From the IMG/VR virus record IMGVR_UViG_3300022747_000017: DNA of 64,000 nucleotides. One strand, given 5' to 3'. The stretch comes from a virus. The translations under genes and the position numbers were made by a program. Position 1 is the first letter of the stretch. Each line of letters starts with the position of its first letter. This document shows, piece after piece, positions 29,949-39,562 of this stretch. A model generated the notes under the pieces. It ran no database searches. It was not told where the DNA came from and was given only the letters and a program-made list of their open reading frames with translations.

Positions 29949-30143
29949 ATGGCAACAAAAGACAAAAGTCATATTACCTACAGCAATTGGGAACCATGGT
30001 TTGCATGGCACCCCGTAACAACAGTCAATGGCAATCGCATTTGGCTCAAAACAGTCTACAGACGATATCGTATGATATTTGGCATAGAAGACGACATGGG
30101 CTATTATTATGGCGACGAGTTTGACGTCCTTAAGACTACTTGA
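29949..30143 (+). CDS. Small protein, FAWxPV family (copy 3)
   Basis: NWEPWFAWHPVTT...IWLKTVYRR...YYGDEFDVLK. Confidence 0.65.
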   Translation: MATKDKSHITYSNWEPWFAWHPVTTVNGNRIWLKTVYRRYRMIFGIEDDMGYYYGDEFDVLKTT

Positions 30144-30174
30144 CATAGAATTGTATTAAATATACAATAGGATT

Positions 30175-30846
30175 ATGAAAGTCTACATCTCTAAATATCG
30201 TTACCATTGGACCAGTCCATACACTATTCTCAAGGCCATTTGCTTCTGGGAAAAAGATGATGACGTCTTTTACAATCACGAAGGGAAACCCGGGCACAAA
30301 TACACCAAGTGGGTTGAGTTTTTAAATCCAATCTGTGGCGCTATTATGCGTTTTCTAGACATTGTGCACCCAAAGATCGACTATGTAAAGATTGATAGAT
30401 GGGACACATGGGGCATGAATACCACATTGGGCATGATTGCATTGCCCATGCTCAAACAATTGCGGCAGCACAAACAGGGTGCGCCACTTGTTGCAGACGA
30501 GGATGTACCTGTAGAATTACGCAGCACATCCGCACCAGCTAGAGCAAATGAGTGGGACACAGATGACAATCACTTCAAGCGTTGGGATTGGGTCCTAGAC
30601 GAAATGATTTTTGCTTTTGAGCATACTCAAGACGACAGTTGGGAAGATAACTATCGCACAGGCGAATCCGACTGGAAATCCGAACCATGCGAATGGGACG
30701 AAAATGGCAAAGTTAAGATGTATAAAATGATTGATGGACCTAATCATACATACAAGTACGACTACGAAGGTGCCAAGCTAGTGCATGATCGTATTCAGCG
30801 TGGCTTTGAACTGTTTGGAAAGTATTATCAGAACCTCTGGGATTAA
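30175..30846 (+). CDS. Hypothetical phage protein
   Basis: 223 aa; promoter TTGACA-N17-TACAAT with ATG 6 nt later. Confidence 0.8.
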   Translation: MKVYISKYRYHWTSPYTILKAICFWEKDDDVFYNHEGKPGHKYTKWVEFLNPICGAIMRFLDIVHPKIDYVKIDRWDTWGMNTTLGMIALPMLKQLRQHKQGAPLVADEDVPVELRSTSAPARANEWDTDDNHFKRWDWVLDEMIFAFEHTQDDSWEDNYRTGESDWKSEPCEWDENGKVKMYKMIDGPNHTYKYDYEGAKLVHDRIQRGFELFGKYYQNLWD

Positions 30847-30847
30847 T

Positions 30848-31240
30848 ATGGACTTTGTTGCACTTCTTTCTGAGTTTGTGGGATTTTTATTTGAAATCCT
30901 AATGTGGATTATTTTCTGGTTTATCCTGTTTAGACTAGCGGACCGTTTTGTGTCAAACAAAATCAACTCTGCCGAAAAGGATGAACTCATTAACTATGTT
31001 GCAAATAGACTACATCGCATCAAGCAAGAAAAGCATGGCGAAGTCTATTACTGGTTTGATGCAGACACTGATGCCTTCTTAGGGCAAGGTAAGACTGACG
31101 ATGAAGTAAAAGAGCATCTCAAACAGCGTTTTAAAGGGCACGTATTCCTGTTAGATGATGACCGTGCACTTGCGGGCCCAGATTTAAAATTGACCCCAAT
31201 TAAAGAGCTAAAAATGCTCGACAAACACACAATCGCTTAA
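30848..31240 (+). CDS. Membrane-anchored hypothetical protein
   Basis: N-terminal transmembrane segment. Confidence 0.65.
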   Translation: MDFVALLSEFVGFLFEILMWIIFWFILFRLADRFVSNKINSAEKDELINYVANRLHRIKQEKHGEVYYWFDADTDAFLGQGKTDDEVKEHLKQRFKGHVFLLDDDRALAGPDLKLTPIKELKMLDKHTIA

Positions 31241-31260
31241 TTTTTTGCTATAATGTCCAT

Positions 31261-31653
31261 ATGACAATGCACCTAGCACATCCTTCACTTAGCTTGACTG
31301 GCAAAAAGAAGGGCAAAATCAAATTCAAGTCCGCAGAAGCAAAAGCAGCACACGAACGTCTCAATGACGAATGGCGTGCTATCAAAGAACGACACGGAGT
31401 CGAAGAGCATGAACGCAAGCGCCAACGTGCAATGACAGCAGAGCCGTTGACCTATAAGTTGTCTGCTCCTCCGGGTCGAGGCGCAACTGCACATATTCCC
31501 AGCCGTGACACAGGCGGTAATGCTACATTAGCGGCACCAAAAGTCTACACAGGCACTAAAGTAAAAGGCATTGCTACCATGCACAAGTCAAATGCTGTAC
31601 CTGTGTTTAGTGACGAAGAAGCTGTGGAAATCAGCCGTATGCGCCGTGGGTGA
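31261..31653 (+). CDS. Basic hypothetical phage protein
   Basis: 130 aa, leaderless promoter TATAAT-N6-ATG. Confidence 0.75.
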   Translation: MTMHLAHPSLSLTGKKKGKIKFKSAEAKAAHERLNDEWRAIKERHGVEEHERKRQRAMTAEPLTYKLSAPPGRGATAHIPSRDTGGNATLAAPKVYTGTKVKGIATMHKSNAVPVFSDEEAVEISRMRRG

Positions 31654-31900
31654 TTACTACTTTGAACTTGCTGATTGTGTAGTAGACCACTACAGTGGCA
31701 AATACTTTACAGTAACAAACAAAGACATTCTCGAACAGTTGGGTAGCAAAGACCTGATGCTGGTCCAGAACAGTGAACGAGTGTGGTGTGAAGAAGGTGC
31801 TGGGGTTCGTTATGTCAAGCATAGATACGGGAATATGTTTGCACCCGTTGATTTAAAAGAATTCATGTGGATAAAACTTAAAGCAAAGGAAATAAAATGA
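31646..31900 (+). CDS. Small protein, paralog of 32423-32716
   Basis: SERVW..G..GVR.VK ... FMWIKLKAKEI. Confidence 0.6.
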   Translation: MGDYYFELADCVVDHYSGKYFTVTNKDILEQLGSKDLMLVQNSERVWCEEGAGVRYVKHRYGNMFAPVDLKEFMWIKLKAKEIK

Positions 31901-32421
31901 AAACAACTAAACAATGGCTAGCAGAAGTCAAAGCAGATCCTGCAAAATTAACACAGTGGCTTGAGCGCCAATATATCGGAGAAGCACTTGCTGCCGACCG
32001 TATCAAGACCCTGGCTGCAACCAAACAAAATTCTCGACACGGTAAGCTACTTGACCGCATTGCCGCAGACGAATTTAAGCATGCCAGTTGGGTTGCCAAG
32101 TTGTTAGTGGATCGCGGTATTGCTATTCCTACACCCACAATGGAAGACACTCGTTACTGGGAACCTATCTTAGATAACTTGCACACCTTTGAAGAAATTG
32201 CAGGTGCAGGACATCATGCAGAAGTCATGCGATTAATGCGTATCACTGAATTGGCCAACGATGTTGAAATCGATGCAGATATCCGTCAAGTATTCAAACA
32301 GATTCTGCCCGACGAACAGTTTCATGCTAAAGCATTTGAAGCAATGAGCACCAAAGATGCCATTGACTCAACTCGCGAATTGCACAATATGGGACTCGAA
32401 ATGTTGGGATTAGAGGTCTAA
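31897..32421 (+). CDS. Ferritin-like di-iron protein
   Basis: Paired E...DExxH motifs: GEALAA / DEFKH and AEVMR / DEQFH. Confidence 0.75.
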   Translation: MKTTKQWLAEVKADPAKLTQWLERQYIGEALAADRIKTLAATKQNSRHGKLLDRIAADEFKHASWVAKLLVDRGIAIPTPTMEDTRYWEPILDNLHTFEEIAGAGHHAEVMRLMRITELANDVEIDADIRQVFKQILPDEQFHAKAFEAMSTKDAIDSTRELHNMGLEMLGLEV

Positions 32422-32422
32422 C

Positions 32423-32716
32423 TTGGGTTATTATACTTACTACTGCGAAGTTACGGCCGAGGATACTGGGTATAAACAGGGGGTCTATACTGTTACTACC
32501 CAGGATCATCTCTATGCCGAACGGCGTACAATGGGCTATCCATATTCTATAATTGGGTCTAGCAATAGAGTGTGGCGCCAAGGCCCCAAGGGCGGCGTAA
32601 AGATTGTCAAGGATCGAAATCATCATGCACCATATGTTTCTAGATATGTTACCAACGACAAACAGAAAATGGAACAGTTTATATGGATCAAACTGGTTGC
32701 AAAAGAATTATCATAA
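32423..32716 (+). CDS. Small protein, paralog of 31646-31900
   Basis: SNRVWRQGPKGGVKIVK ... FIWIKLVAKEL; TTG start after GAGGT. Confidence 0.6.
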   Translation: MGYYTYYCEVTAEDTGYKQGVYTVTTQDHLYAERRTMGYPYSIIGSSNRVWRQGPKGGVKIVKDRNHHAPYVSRYVTNDKQKMEQFIWIKLVAKELS

Positions 32717-32756
32717 GTAAACAGCGTAGATAAAGAAAGGAAAACGCAGTAACCCA

Positions 32757-32975
32757 ATGGCTAAAGAAGACCTAATTCGCATGGCAGGCAAAGTTGATGA
32801 AGTCCTACCGAGTGCGATGTTCCGAGTTAAACTCGAAAACGATCATATAATTACCGCTACTCTAGGCGGAAAATTACGTCAACACAATATCCGCATTCTA
32901 CTCGGAGATAAAGTAGAAGTTGAAATGAGCCCATATGACCTAAACAGGGGTCGTGTAGTGTATCGTAGCAAATAA
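32757..32975 (+). CDS. infA: Translation initiation factor IF-1
   Basis: [28 protein letters not shown]...[26 protein letters not shown]. Confidence 0.97.
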   Translation: MAKEDLIRMAGKVDEVLPSAMFRVKLENDHIITATLGGKLRQHNIRILLGDKVEVEMSPYDLNRGRVVYRSK

Positions 32976-33045
32976 TATACCCACATAACTGCCAAAACCC
33001 TGCTTTACTTAAATCCGCTAAATAAGCATATAAAGGATTTGAGAT

Positions 33046-35535
33046 ATGGCATTGTGGGAAGGCAACAAGATAACAAACATTGACATTGGGGTACAACCCA
33101 ATGACGGAACCGGCGATAACATTCGTGCTGCTTTTACAAAAGCTGACGATAATTTTGCCAATATATCCAATTTTCTATCAGGTACATCGGTAGGGTTTTT
33201 AAACACTAATGTTAGCTATACCTTAAATTCAACGGTTGCTAACTTTACGTTTACCAATACCATTTATGCAACTGGTACAAATCTATCATTTACAGCAAAC
33301 ACAACCAGTGGCAATTTGATTGCCAATACTTCACTGTATGTAAATGGTCCAACTAATTTAAACAGCAATTTAAACATTGCGGGCAGTGTTATTCCTACCA
33401 ATGGGGGACAATATGACATTGGTAGCGTTACAAATCCTTTTAGAAACTTCTATCTCAGCGGATCATTGATCCAGGGTGCAACTAGCCAAACAGTTGACGC
33501 AGGTCTTTTAGTAGTTCATGCCAATGCCGCAATAGGCGATACAAAAGACGTGGGTATTTTTGGTAACGTTTCGCATCACTACAGCAGCAATACATATGCT
33601 TTCTTTGGTTATCAATACCAAACAAACAACTTCGTTTACAAGCTAACACCAACCAATGCCAGTACTGGCAACAGTGTAGTTTATGACGGTATCTACGGCG
33701 GCGCACAATTTGGTAGTGCACTGTTAAGCAATAGCACAACTTCAACTAGTACAACATCCGGTGCATTGGTTGTAACTGGCGGCACAGGCATAGGTGGCAA
33801 CATCAACGTAGGTGGCCAGGCAATGGTAACAGGCAACACCTATGTGGCCGGCAACACAATGGTAACAGGCAATATCTACACCAGTGGATATCAAGTCTTG
33901 AGTACAAACAACATTGGGTACTTTGGAACTCCGTTAACTGGCGGTATTGTTACAGGTAGTGCTAGATTCACATCAGGCGAAGGTTCGACTGCGTACAATA
34001 ACGGTGCCATTGCTATTACCAACGGTGGATTGGGAGTATTTGGAAACGTAAACAGTGCAGGTGGCTTCTACGGTAACCTAACAGGTACATTACTGACTCC
34101 AACTCAAAGTTTAATTACCAAGGTAGGTACACTACAAGGTCTAACAATTGCTGCCAACACATCAATTAGTACACCAGATTTGCAAGCAACCACAATTGGT
34201 GTAACCAGCATTACTGCTACAACACTAAACGTAACTGGATCATTAACTGGGTTAACATCATTAAACGTTAGTGCCAACATTACCGCAGCAGGTTTCCTGG
34301 GATCGTTATACGGCACAGTACAGCAACCGGCACAGCCACAGATTACCAGCTTGGGTACACTGACTGGATTGGTAGTAAACGGTGCTGTTGGCCTTGGGCC
34401 AACTGTTGCAAGTAGTCTAAGCACAGGCAATGCTGTTATCACTGGTGGCTATATCCAGAATCTAGCTAACCTTACAACTACAACAGCTTACATTACCAAC
34501 AACAACGTGACCAATGGCAACGTAATGACCATGGTAGTTGGTAATATCAGCTCCGGTAATGTGAGATTTAGTGGTGGTTACATCACTGGCTTGGCCAACG
34601 TAGGTGCAACCAACGGTAGCATTACTACACTAGTATCAACTAACATCAGCGTAAGTAACATTGTTGCCACTGGTGGCTATATCCAGAATCTAGCCAACGT
34701 AACTGCTGTAAACGCCTACATTGTCAACAACAATGTGACCAACAGTAACGTTTCTACATTAGCAGCGGCCAACATCAGCACAGGCAATCTTGTTGCATCA
34801 GGTGGCTATTTGTCTGGTTTGGCCAATGCCAAAGTTGTTGGTACTATAGTGGCAAACGAATTAAATGCAGCGACCATTGGTAATGCAAGTGCTGTACTTT
34901 ACGGTACATTGAATGCATCTAGTGCAAGTCAAACTAACATTACATCAGTCGGTACGCTAACTGGATTGGTAGTAAACAACACCACCGTGGGATCTAATGT
35001 ATCTGTTACAGCCAACGCTAACATTATTCTCAGTGCCAACACAAACAATGGCTTTGGAATCGTTGTAACTGGTAACATATTACCAACATCAAACGTAACT
35101 TACAATGTTGGATCTAGTAGCAAGTGGTTTAACACATTCTACGGTGTATCAAGTCAAGCACAATATGCTGACTTGGCTGAAGTTTATACATCCGATGCAG
35201 AATACCCAGCTGGTACTGTGTTGGTATTTGGTGGAGAACAAGAAGTAACAGTTACATCAGTTCATGCAGATGCTCGGGTAGCAGGTGCTGTGTCAACTGA
35301 TCCAGCCTACTTGATGAATGCCATGAGTGATGGTGTAGCAGTTGCATTACGTGGGCGAGTTCCAGTTAAGGTAATCGGCGCAGTACGCAAAGGTGATGGC
35401 CTTGTTACTTCAACTACTCCTGGTTATGCAACCAGCATTGGAGTAGATACACAATTTGGGCAGGCAGTGTTTGCTAAATCAATTGAAACCGACCTGGACC
35501 CAGGCGAGAAAGTAATTACAGCGGTGATTTTATAA
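33046..35535 (+). CDS. Tail fibre / baseplate virion protein
   Basis: N-terminal IDIGVQPNDGTGDNIRAAF (baseplate-attachment-like), T/N/G-rich repeats, C-terminal ADLAEVY..D..Y..GTV domain; late promoter upstream. Confidence 0.75.
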   Translation: MALWEGNKITNIDIGVQPNDGTGDNIRAAFTKADDNFANISNFLSGTSVGFLNTNVSYTLNSTVANFTFTNTIYATGTNLSFTANTTSGNLIANTSLYVNGPTNLNSNLNIAGSVIPTNGGQYDIGSVTNPFRNFYLSGSLIQGATSQTVDAGLLVVHANAAIGDTKDVGIFGNVSHHYSSNTYAFFGYQYQTNNFVYKLTPTNASTGNSVVYDGIYGGAQFGSALLSNSTTSTSTTSGALVVTGGTGIGGNINVGGQAMVTGNTYVAGNTMVTGNIYTSGYQVLSTNNIGYFGTPLTGGIVTGSARFTSGEGSTAYNNGAIAITNGGLGVFGNVNSAGGFYGNLTGTLLTPTQSLITKVGTLQGLTIAANTSISTPDLQATTIGVTSITATTLNVTGSLTGLTSLNVSANITAAGFLGSLYGTVQQPAQPQITSLGTLTGLVVNGAVGLGPTVASSLSTGNAVITGGYIQNLANLTTTTAYITNNNVTNGNVMTMVVGNISSGNVRFSGGYITGLANVGATNGSITTLVSTNISVSNIVATGGYIQNLANVTAVNAYIVNNNVTNSNVSTLAAANISTGNLVASGGYLSGLANAKVVGTIVANELNAATIGNASAVLYGTLNASSASQTNITSVGTLTGLVVNNTTVGSNVSVTANANIILSANTNNGFGIVVTGNILPTSNVTYNVGSSSKWFNTFYGVSSQAQYADLAEVYTSDAEYPAGTVLVFGGEQEVTVTSVHADARVAGAVSTDPAYLMNAMSDGVAVALRGRVPVKVIGAVRKGDGLVTSTTPGYATSIGVDTQFGQAVFAKSIETDLDPGEKVITAVIL

Positions 35536-35536
35536 T

Positions 35537-38500
35537 ATGGCCAAACTAAGTTGGATAACAACGCCCAATAACTCAATTGCTAACTTTTTAATTGGACTTC
35601 CAGGTGAAGTCCAAGTGTTAGCCACAGACCTCGATAATCCGGGCGAAACTTTTACATACTCTAAGATATTCGGCGACTTGCCGCCGGGTATGTCACTATC
35701 AAGTGCCGGAGTTATATCGGGCACACCTGAGTATTTGCAAGCATCTAACAATTATTTCACAACATTAGATTACACTTTTATTATTCGTGCACGTAACAGC
35801 ACAGGCAAGGCCATTGACGCCCAGTTTAAAATTATTGTAACCAACAACGTTAACTCAGACTTTTACTGGGTAACTCCTGCGGGATTGTTGGGTACTGTAT
35901 CAAACAGTGAATACTACAGCCTGCGATTAAATGCTGCAAGTACATCTGGATCACCTATTACGTATAGCTTTGTGTCAGGCGAATTACCAGCTGGTATGCA
36001 GATGCTGTCTAGTGGATACTTACAAGGTGTACCTACATTCTTAAATCCAGTTGTAGTTAACCAAAGCCAAGTATATCGCTTTACCATTAGAGCAACAAAC
36101 AATTTAAATCACATTATTGATCGTTCATTCAGTCTCAACGTAACCAACGTTTACGGACCTATTGTTGAACCGACAACTAAATTCCTAGGAACACACTTCG
36201 ACGGTAGTTTCTTTAGTCAGCAATTGACTGTGCTTGAATCTAATCCGGTGGTGTCAGTACAATGGAAAGTGGTATCAGGTTCGTTGCCAGAAGGTGTAAC
36301 CCTGGATGCCAACGGATTACTAAGTGGATACATTCAACCATTACAGTTAGTGGGACAATGGGGCCCGGGCGGATACGACGGTGACACTACACAAGGCGAA
36401 ATTATTGTTGAGCAACAGCAGTATGCCAATGGCCCATACGACTTTAACCAGCTGAATCAAAGCAAAGGTTATTCATTTACGGTTCAGGCATTCGATGGCG
36501 CCAATTACGATCTACAAGATTACGAAATTGACGTAATAAGTCGTGGTGGATTTACTGCGGACAGTACAAACTTGATTAACGATAGCTACATTACTATCGA
36601 TTCATTGAACAATTACATTCCAGTTCTATTAAATTCTGGTACAACTTTGCCAGTTGCTAGACAAGACAGTTACTATGCATTTAAGTTTCAGGGTTACGAC
36701 TTCTTAAACGACCCAATTACATACAGTTTGGCCATTACTGCTGGTACGTTTGACGACAACATCGGCTTTGATCCATTAGACCGCAATGATTCAAACAACG
36801 GATTAGCGGGTAGCTTTGACAGCTTTGATCCAAACGGGTCAGCTACCAACAACTTGCCCGGTCTATTGCTAGATGCAAACTCGGGTTGGTTGTACGGAAA
36901 AGTTGGCACTCAGGCCGAAGCATACAAGACCTATACATTCGGGGTAGTAGTATATAAGATGGTTGATACTGTGAAGTTTGCAAGCCAGCCAATCTACTTT
37001 ACTTTGCCAGTACTGGGTGACGTAAACAACGTAATTGAATGGATTACCCCAAGCAACCTAGGACTTGTTAACAACGGTATTGTTAGCGAACTAAATGTCA
37101 AGGCAAAAAGCATCGTGGGTAAACCGTTGACCTACACAATATACGACCAAGTTGGTATTCCTGCTGCATTACCGCAAGGTCTGCGTTTGTTACCATCGGG
37201 GGACATCAGTGGTCGTGTTAGCTTTGAAGCATTTAACATCGATGACTATGCCACTACATTTGATGGTAGCTCAACTACCATCGACAGAGTATTTAAGTTT
37301 ACAGTAAAAGCAGAAACATCAGATGGTACAGCCAGCTCATTGAGAGAATTCACAATCAAGTTGAATGTAATTAACACTGAGCCATACGAAAACTTGTACC
37401 TACGTGCTATGCCAGCACATGATCAAAGACAAATATATAACAGCATTGTATCCGATACAGAAATATTTGATCCAGCTGTAATATATCGCCCAACTGATCC
37501 ATGGTTTGGTGTGCGTAAGAACATCGAAATGCTATTTGTATCTGGGTTGACTTCTAAGACCTTAGAAGATTATCAAACAGCTATTATTAAAAACCATTGG
37601 AGAAAGACCTATAACTTTGCCGATGTTAAAACTGCGGTAGTATTAGATGACTTCTACAATGTAAAGTACGAAGTTGTTTATATCGACATGGTTGATCCTG
37701 CAATGAATGCAAACAATCACGGTGCTCCAATAGAACTGGATCTATCCAACACCATTACTAATCCATACATTGACGAAAATGGAGTGTCTCATAACGTAGT
37801 TTATCCAAACAGCACAGAGAATATGATCAAGCGTTTGGAATCAAGTATTGGATACACAGATCAAAGTAGTTTGCCACCATGGATGGCCAGCAATCAACCT
37901 GACCCAACTGCTCCAAACAAATTCAAAACACCACTTGGATATACCAAGGCTGTAGTTTTGGCATATACTATTCCCGGAGCGAGCAAGTTAATTGCCTACA
38001 GATTAAAGAACTCTGGTATTAGTTTCAACAATGTTGATTTCACTGTTGATCGTTATATCACCGACAATTATTACAGCACCTACTACAATCCTGCTACACA
38101 CACTTACCTTAAAGGTGTGGAAACTACATTCGATTCATTGCCTACTAAGAACATCGGGGCCATTGTTGCCAAGGTCAACTATGCAGTTACAGTACCTTAC
38201 AATCAAATCAACGGTCGCCCAGTAAGTTACATTGCAGCCAATGGCGGCATTGATGGCAGAAACGACTTTGAGCAAGGTCAAACTATAGTGTTTGTTCAAC
38301 AAGAAGGTTGGTCAAATGCCGGACCATACGATGGATGGGTTAACTATACCAGCTCATTCATTGGCGACAACATTCTAACACAATCAATTGAAGGGTATGA
38401 TTCGGGATCGTATGATACCTACTCCGTTGTTCCGGGTTATTTAGAAATGATACAGAACATTGCACCAACAAATCAACGAGGTGGTGTGTGGTCAATTAAC

Positions 38501-38794
38501 ATTATCAATGATGTGGTGTTCTTGACTCCGGTATTTGAAGTTGCAGTGGGACAGCGTGTACAGGTTTTCAGCGGAAAGAACTTTACTGGCTCAGTACTTT
38601 ATTACGATGCCAAGGTTGCACCGGGCAAAACAGTACCGGCCTATTCAGTATACGACTTGACAGCGGTTGCGATATCTGACCCAACTACATTTAATGCAGG
38701 AACTACTAAGTTTATTTCGAGAAGAGATCAATATTACGTGCCATCAAGTCAAGATAAATACCTAAGTTTCCCACAATACGGAGTATTTAAATAA
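35537..38794 (+). CDS. Large virion structural protein with Ig-like (He_PIG-type) repeats
   Basis: Repeated G.LP.G..L...G.ISG.P motifs; 1085 aa in the structural cluster. Confidence 0.7.
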   Translation: MAKLSWITTPNNSIANFLIGLPGEVQVLATDLDNPGETFTYSKIFGDLPPGMSLSSAGVISGTPEYLQASNNYFTTLDYTFIIRARNSTGKAIDAQFKIIVTNNVNSDFYWVTPAGLLGTVSNSEYYSLRLNAASTSGSPITYSFVSGELPAGMQMLSSGYLQGVPTFLNPVVVNQSQVYRFTIRATNNLNHIIDRSFSLNVTNVYGPIVEPTTKFLGTHFDGSFFSQQLTVLESNPVVSVQWKVVSGSLPEGVTLDANGLLSGYIQPLQLVGQWGPGGYDGDTTQGEIIVEQQQYANGPYDFNQLNQSKGYSFTVQAFDGANYDLQDYEIDVISRGGFTADSTNLINDSYITIDSLNNYIPVLLNSGTTLPVARQDSYYAFKFQGYDFLNDPITYSLAITAGTFDDNIGFDPLDRNDSNNGLAGSFDSFDPNGSATNNLPGLLLDANSGWLYGKVGTQAEAYKTYTFGVVVYKMVDTVKFASQPIYFTLPVLGDVNNVIEWITPSNLGLVNNGIVSELNVKAKSIVGKPLTYTIYDQVGIPAALPQGLRLLPSGDISGRVSFEAFNIDDYATTFDGSSTTIDRVFKFTVKAETSDGTASSLREFTIKLNVINTEPYENLYLRAMPAHDQRQIYNSIVSDTEIFDPAVIYRPTDPWFGVRKNIEMLFVSGLTSKTLEDYQTAIIKNHWRKTYNFADVKTAVVLDDFYNVKYEVVYIDMVDPAMNANNHGAPIELDLSNTITNPYIDENGVSHNVVYPNSTENMIKRLESSIGYTDQSSLPPWMASNQPDPTAPNKFKTPLGYTKAVVLAYTIPGASKLIAYRLKNSGISFNNVDFTVDRYITDNYYSTYYNPATHTYLKGVETTFDSLPTKNIGAIVAKVNYAVTVPYNQINGRPVSYIAANGGIDGRNDFEQGQTIVFVQQEGWSNAGPYDGWVNYTSSFIGDNILTQSIEGYDSGSYDTYSVVPGYLEMIQNIAPTNQRGGVWSINIINDVVFLTPVFEVAVGQRVQVFSGKNFTGSVLYYDAKVAPGKTVPAYSVYDLTAVAISDPTTFNAGTTKFISRRDQYYVPSSQDKYLSFPQYGVFK

Positions 38795-39531
38795 TGGCAT
38801 CAAACATTAATCCAACAAACATCGATGTAACCTACCCAATTGCTGGTCAGGACAACGATACACAAGGATTCAGAGATAATTTCAGTAATATCAAGAATAA
38901 CTTAAACGTTGCCAAAGGCGAGATCAGCGCAATTCAAGATGTTTTAGACACAACACCACTAATCAAAGTAACTGTACCAGCTAGTGCAACAGACGTTGGT
39001 ACTAGAGGGCAAATTGCTTTTGACAGCAACTACCTTTATGTGTGCATTGCAACCAATACTTGGGTGCGTACAGGGTTGATCAATTGGCCAAGTTCGTTGC
39101 CTATGTTCTACGGTAACAGCAACGTGGCAGCATATTTGTCGTCAACTACTATACCAGCACTGACTGTAACTACCGAAAACGTCACAGACATAAATGTAAG
39201 TGGTACATTGACCACATCGGGCCCAAGAGTTGATGCAGCATATCAATATTCTGCTCCAACCACTAACTTTACCTATACTATGCAAAGCACTGCTAGTAGA
39301 TTTATCATGGATCCTACCGGTCCAATTACAAACGGTAACATTTTGCTACCAAGTGGCAACGTTGAAGCCCGTGTTGTAACTATAAGTTCTACACAAACCG
39401 TGACAAACTTTAAAGTAACTCCTAATTTAGGAACAACGTTGGTACCTAGTGCAAACGTAACATTGTCCGCAGGCACAAGTGTTTCATACTTCTTCCATGC
39501 AGCGGAATCAAAATGGTACAAAATTGCCTAA
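38794..39531 (+). CDS. Virion structural / fibre protein
   Basis: N-terminus MASNINP.NID..YP.AGQDN..QGFRDNF.NIKNN shared with the next gene. Confidence 0.7.
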   Translation: MASNINPTNIDVTYPIAGQDNDTQGFRDNFSNIKNNLNVAKGEISAIQDVLDTTPLIKVTVPASATDVGTRGQIAFDSNYLYVCIATNTWVRTGLINWPSSLPMFYGNSNVAAYLSSTTIPALTVTTENVTDINVSGTLTTSGPRVDAAYQYSAPTTNFTYTMQSTASRFIMDPTGPITNGNILLPSGNVEARVVTISSTQTVTNFKVTPNLGTTLVPSANVTLSAGTSVSYFFHAAESKWYKIA

Positions 39532-39562
39532 GGTAAATACGTAATAACTGAGATAAAAACAA

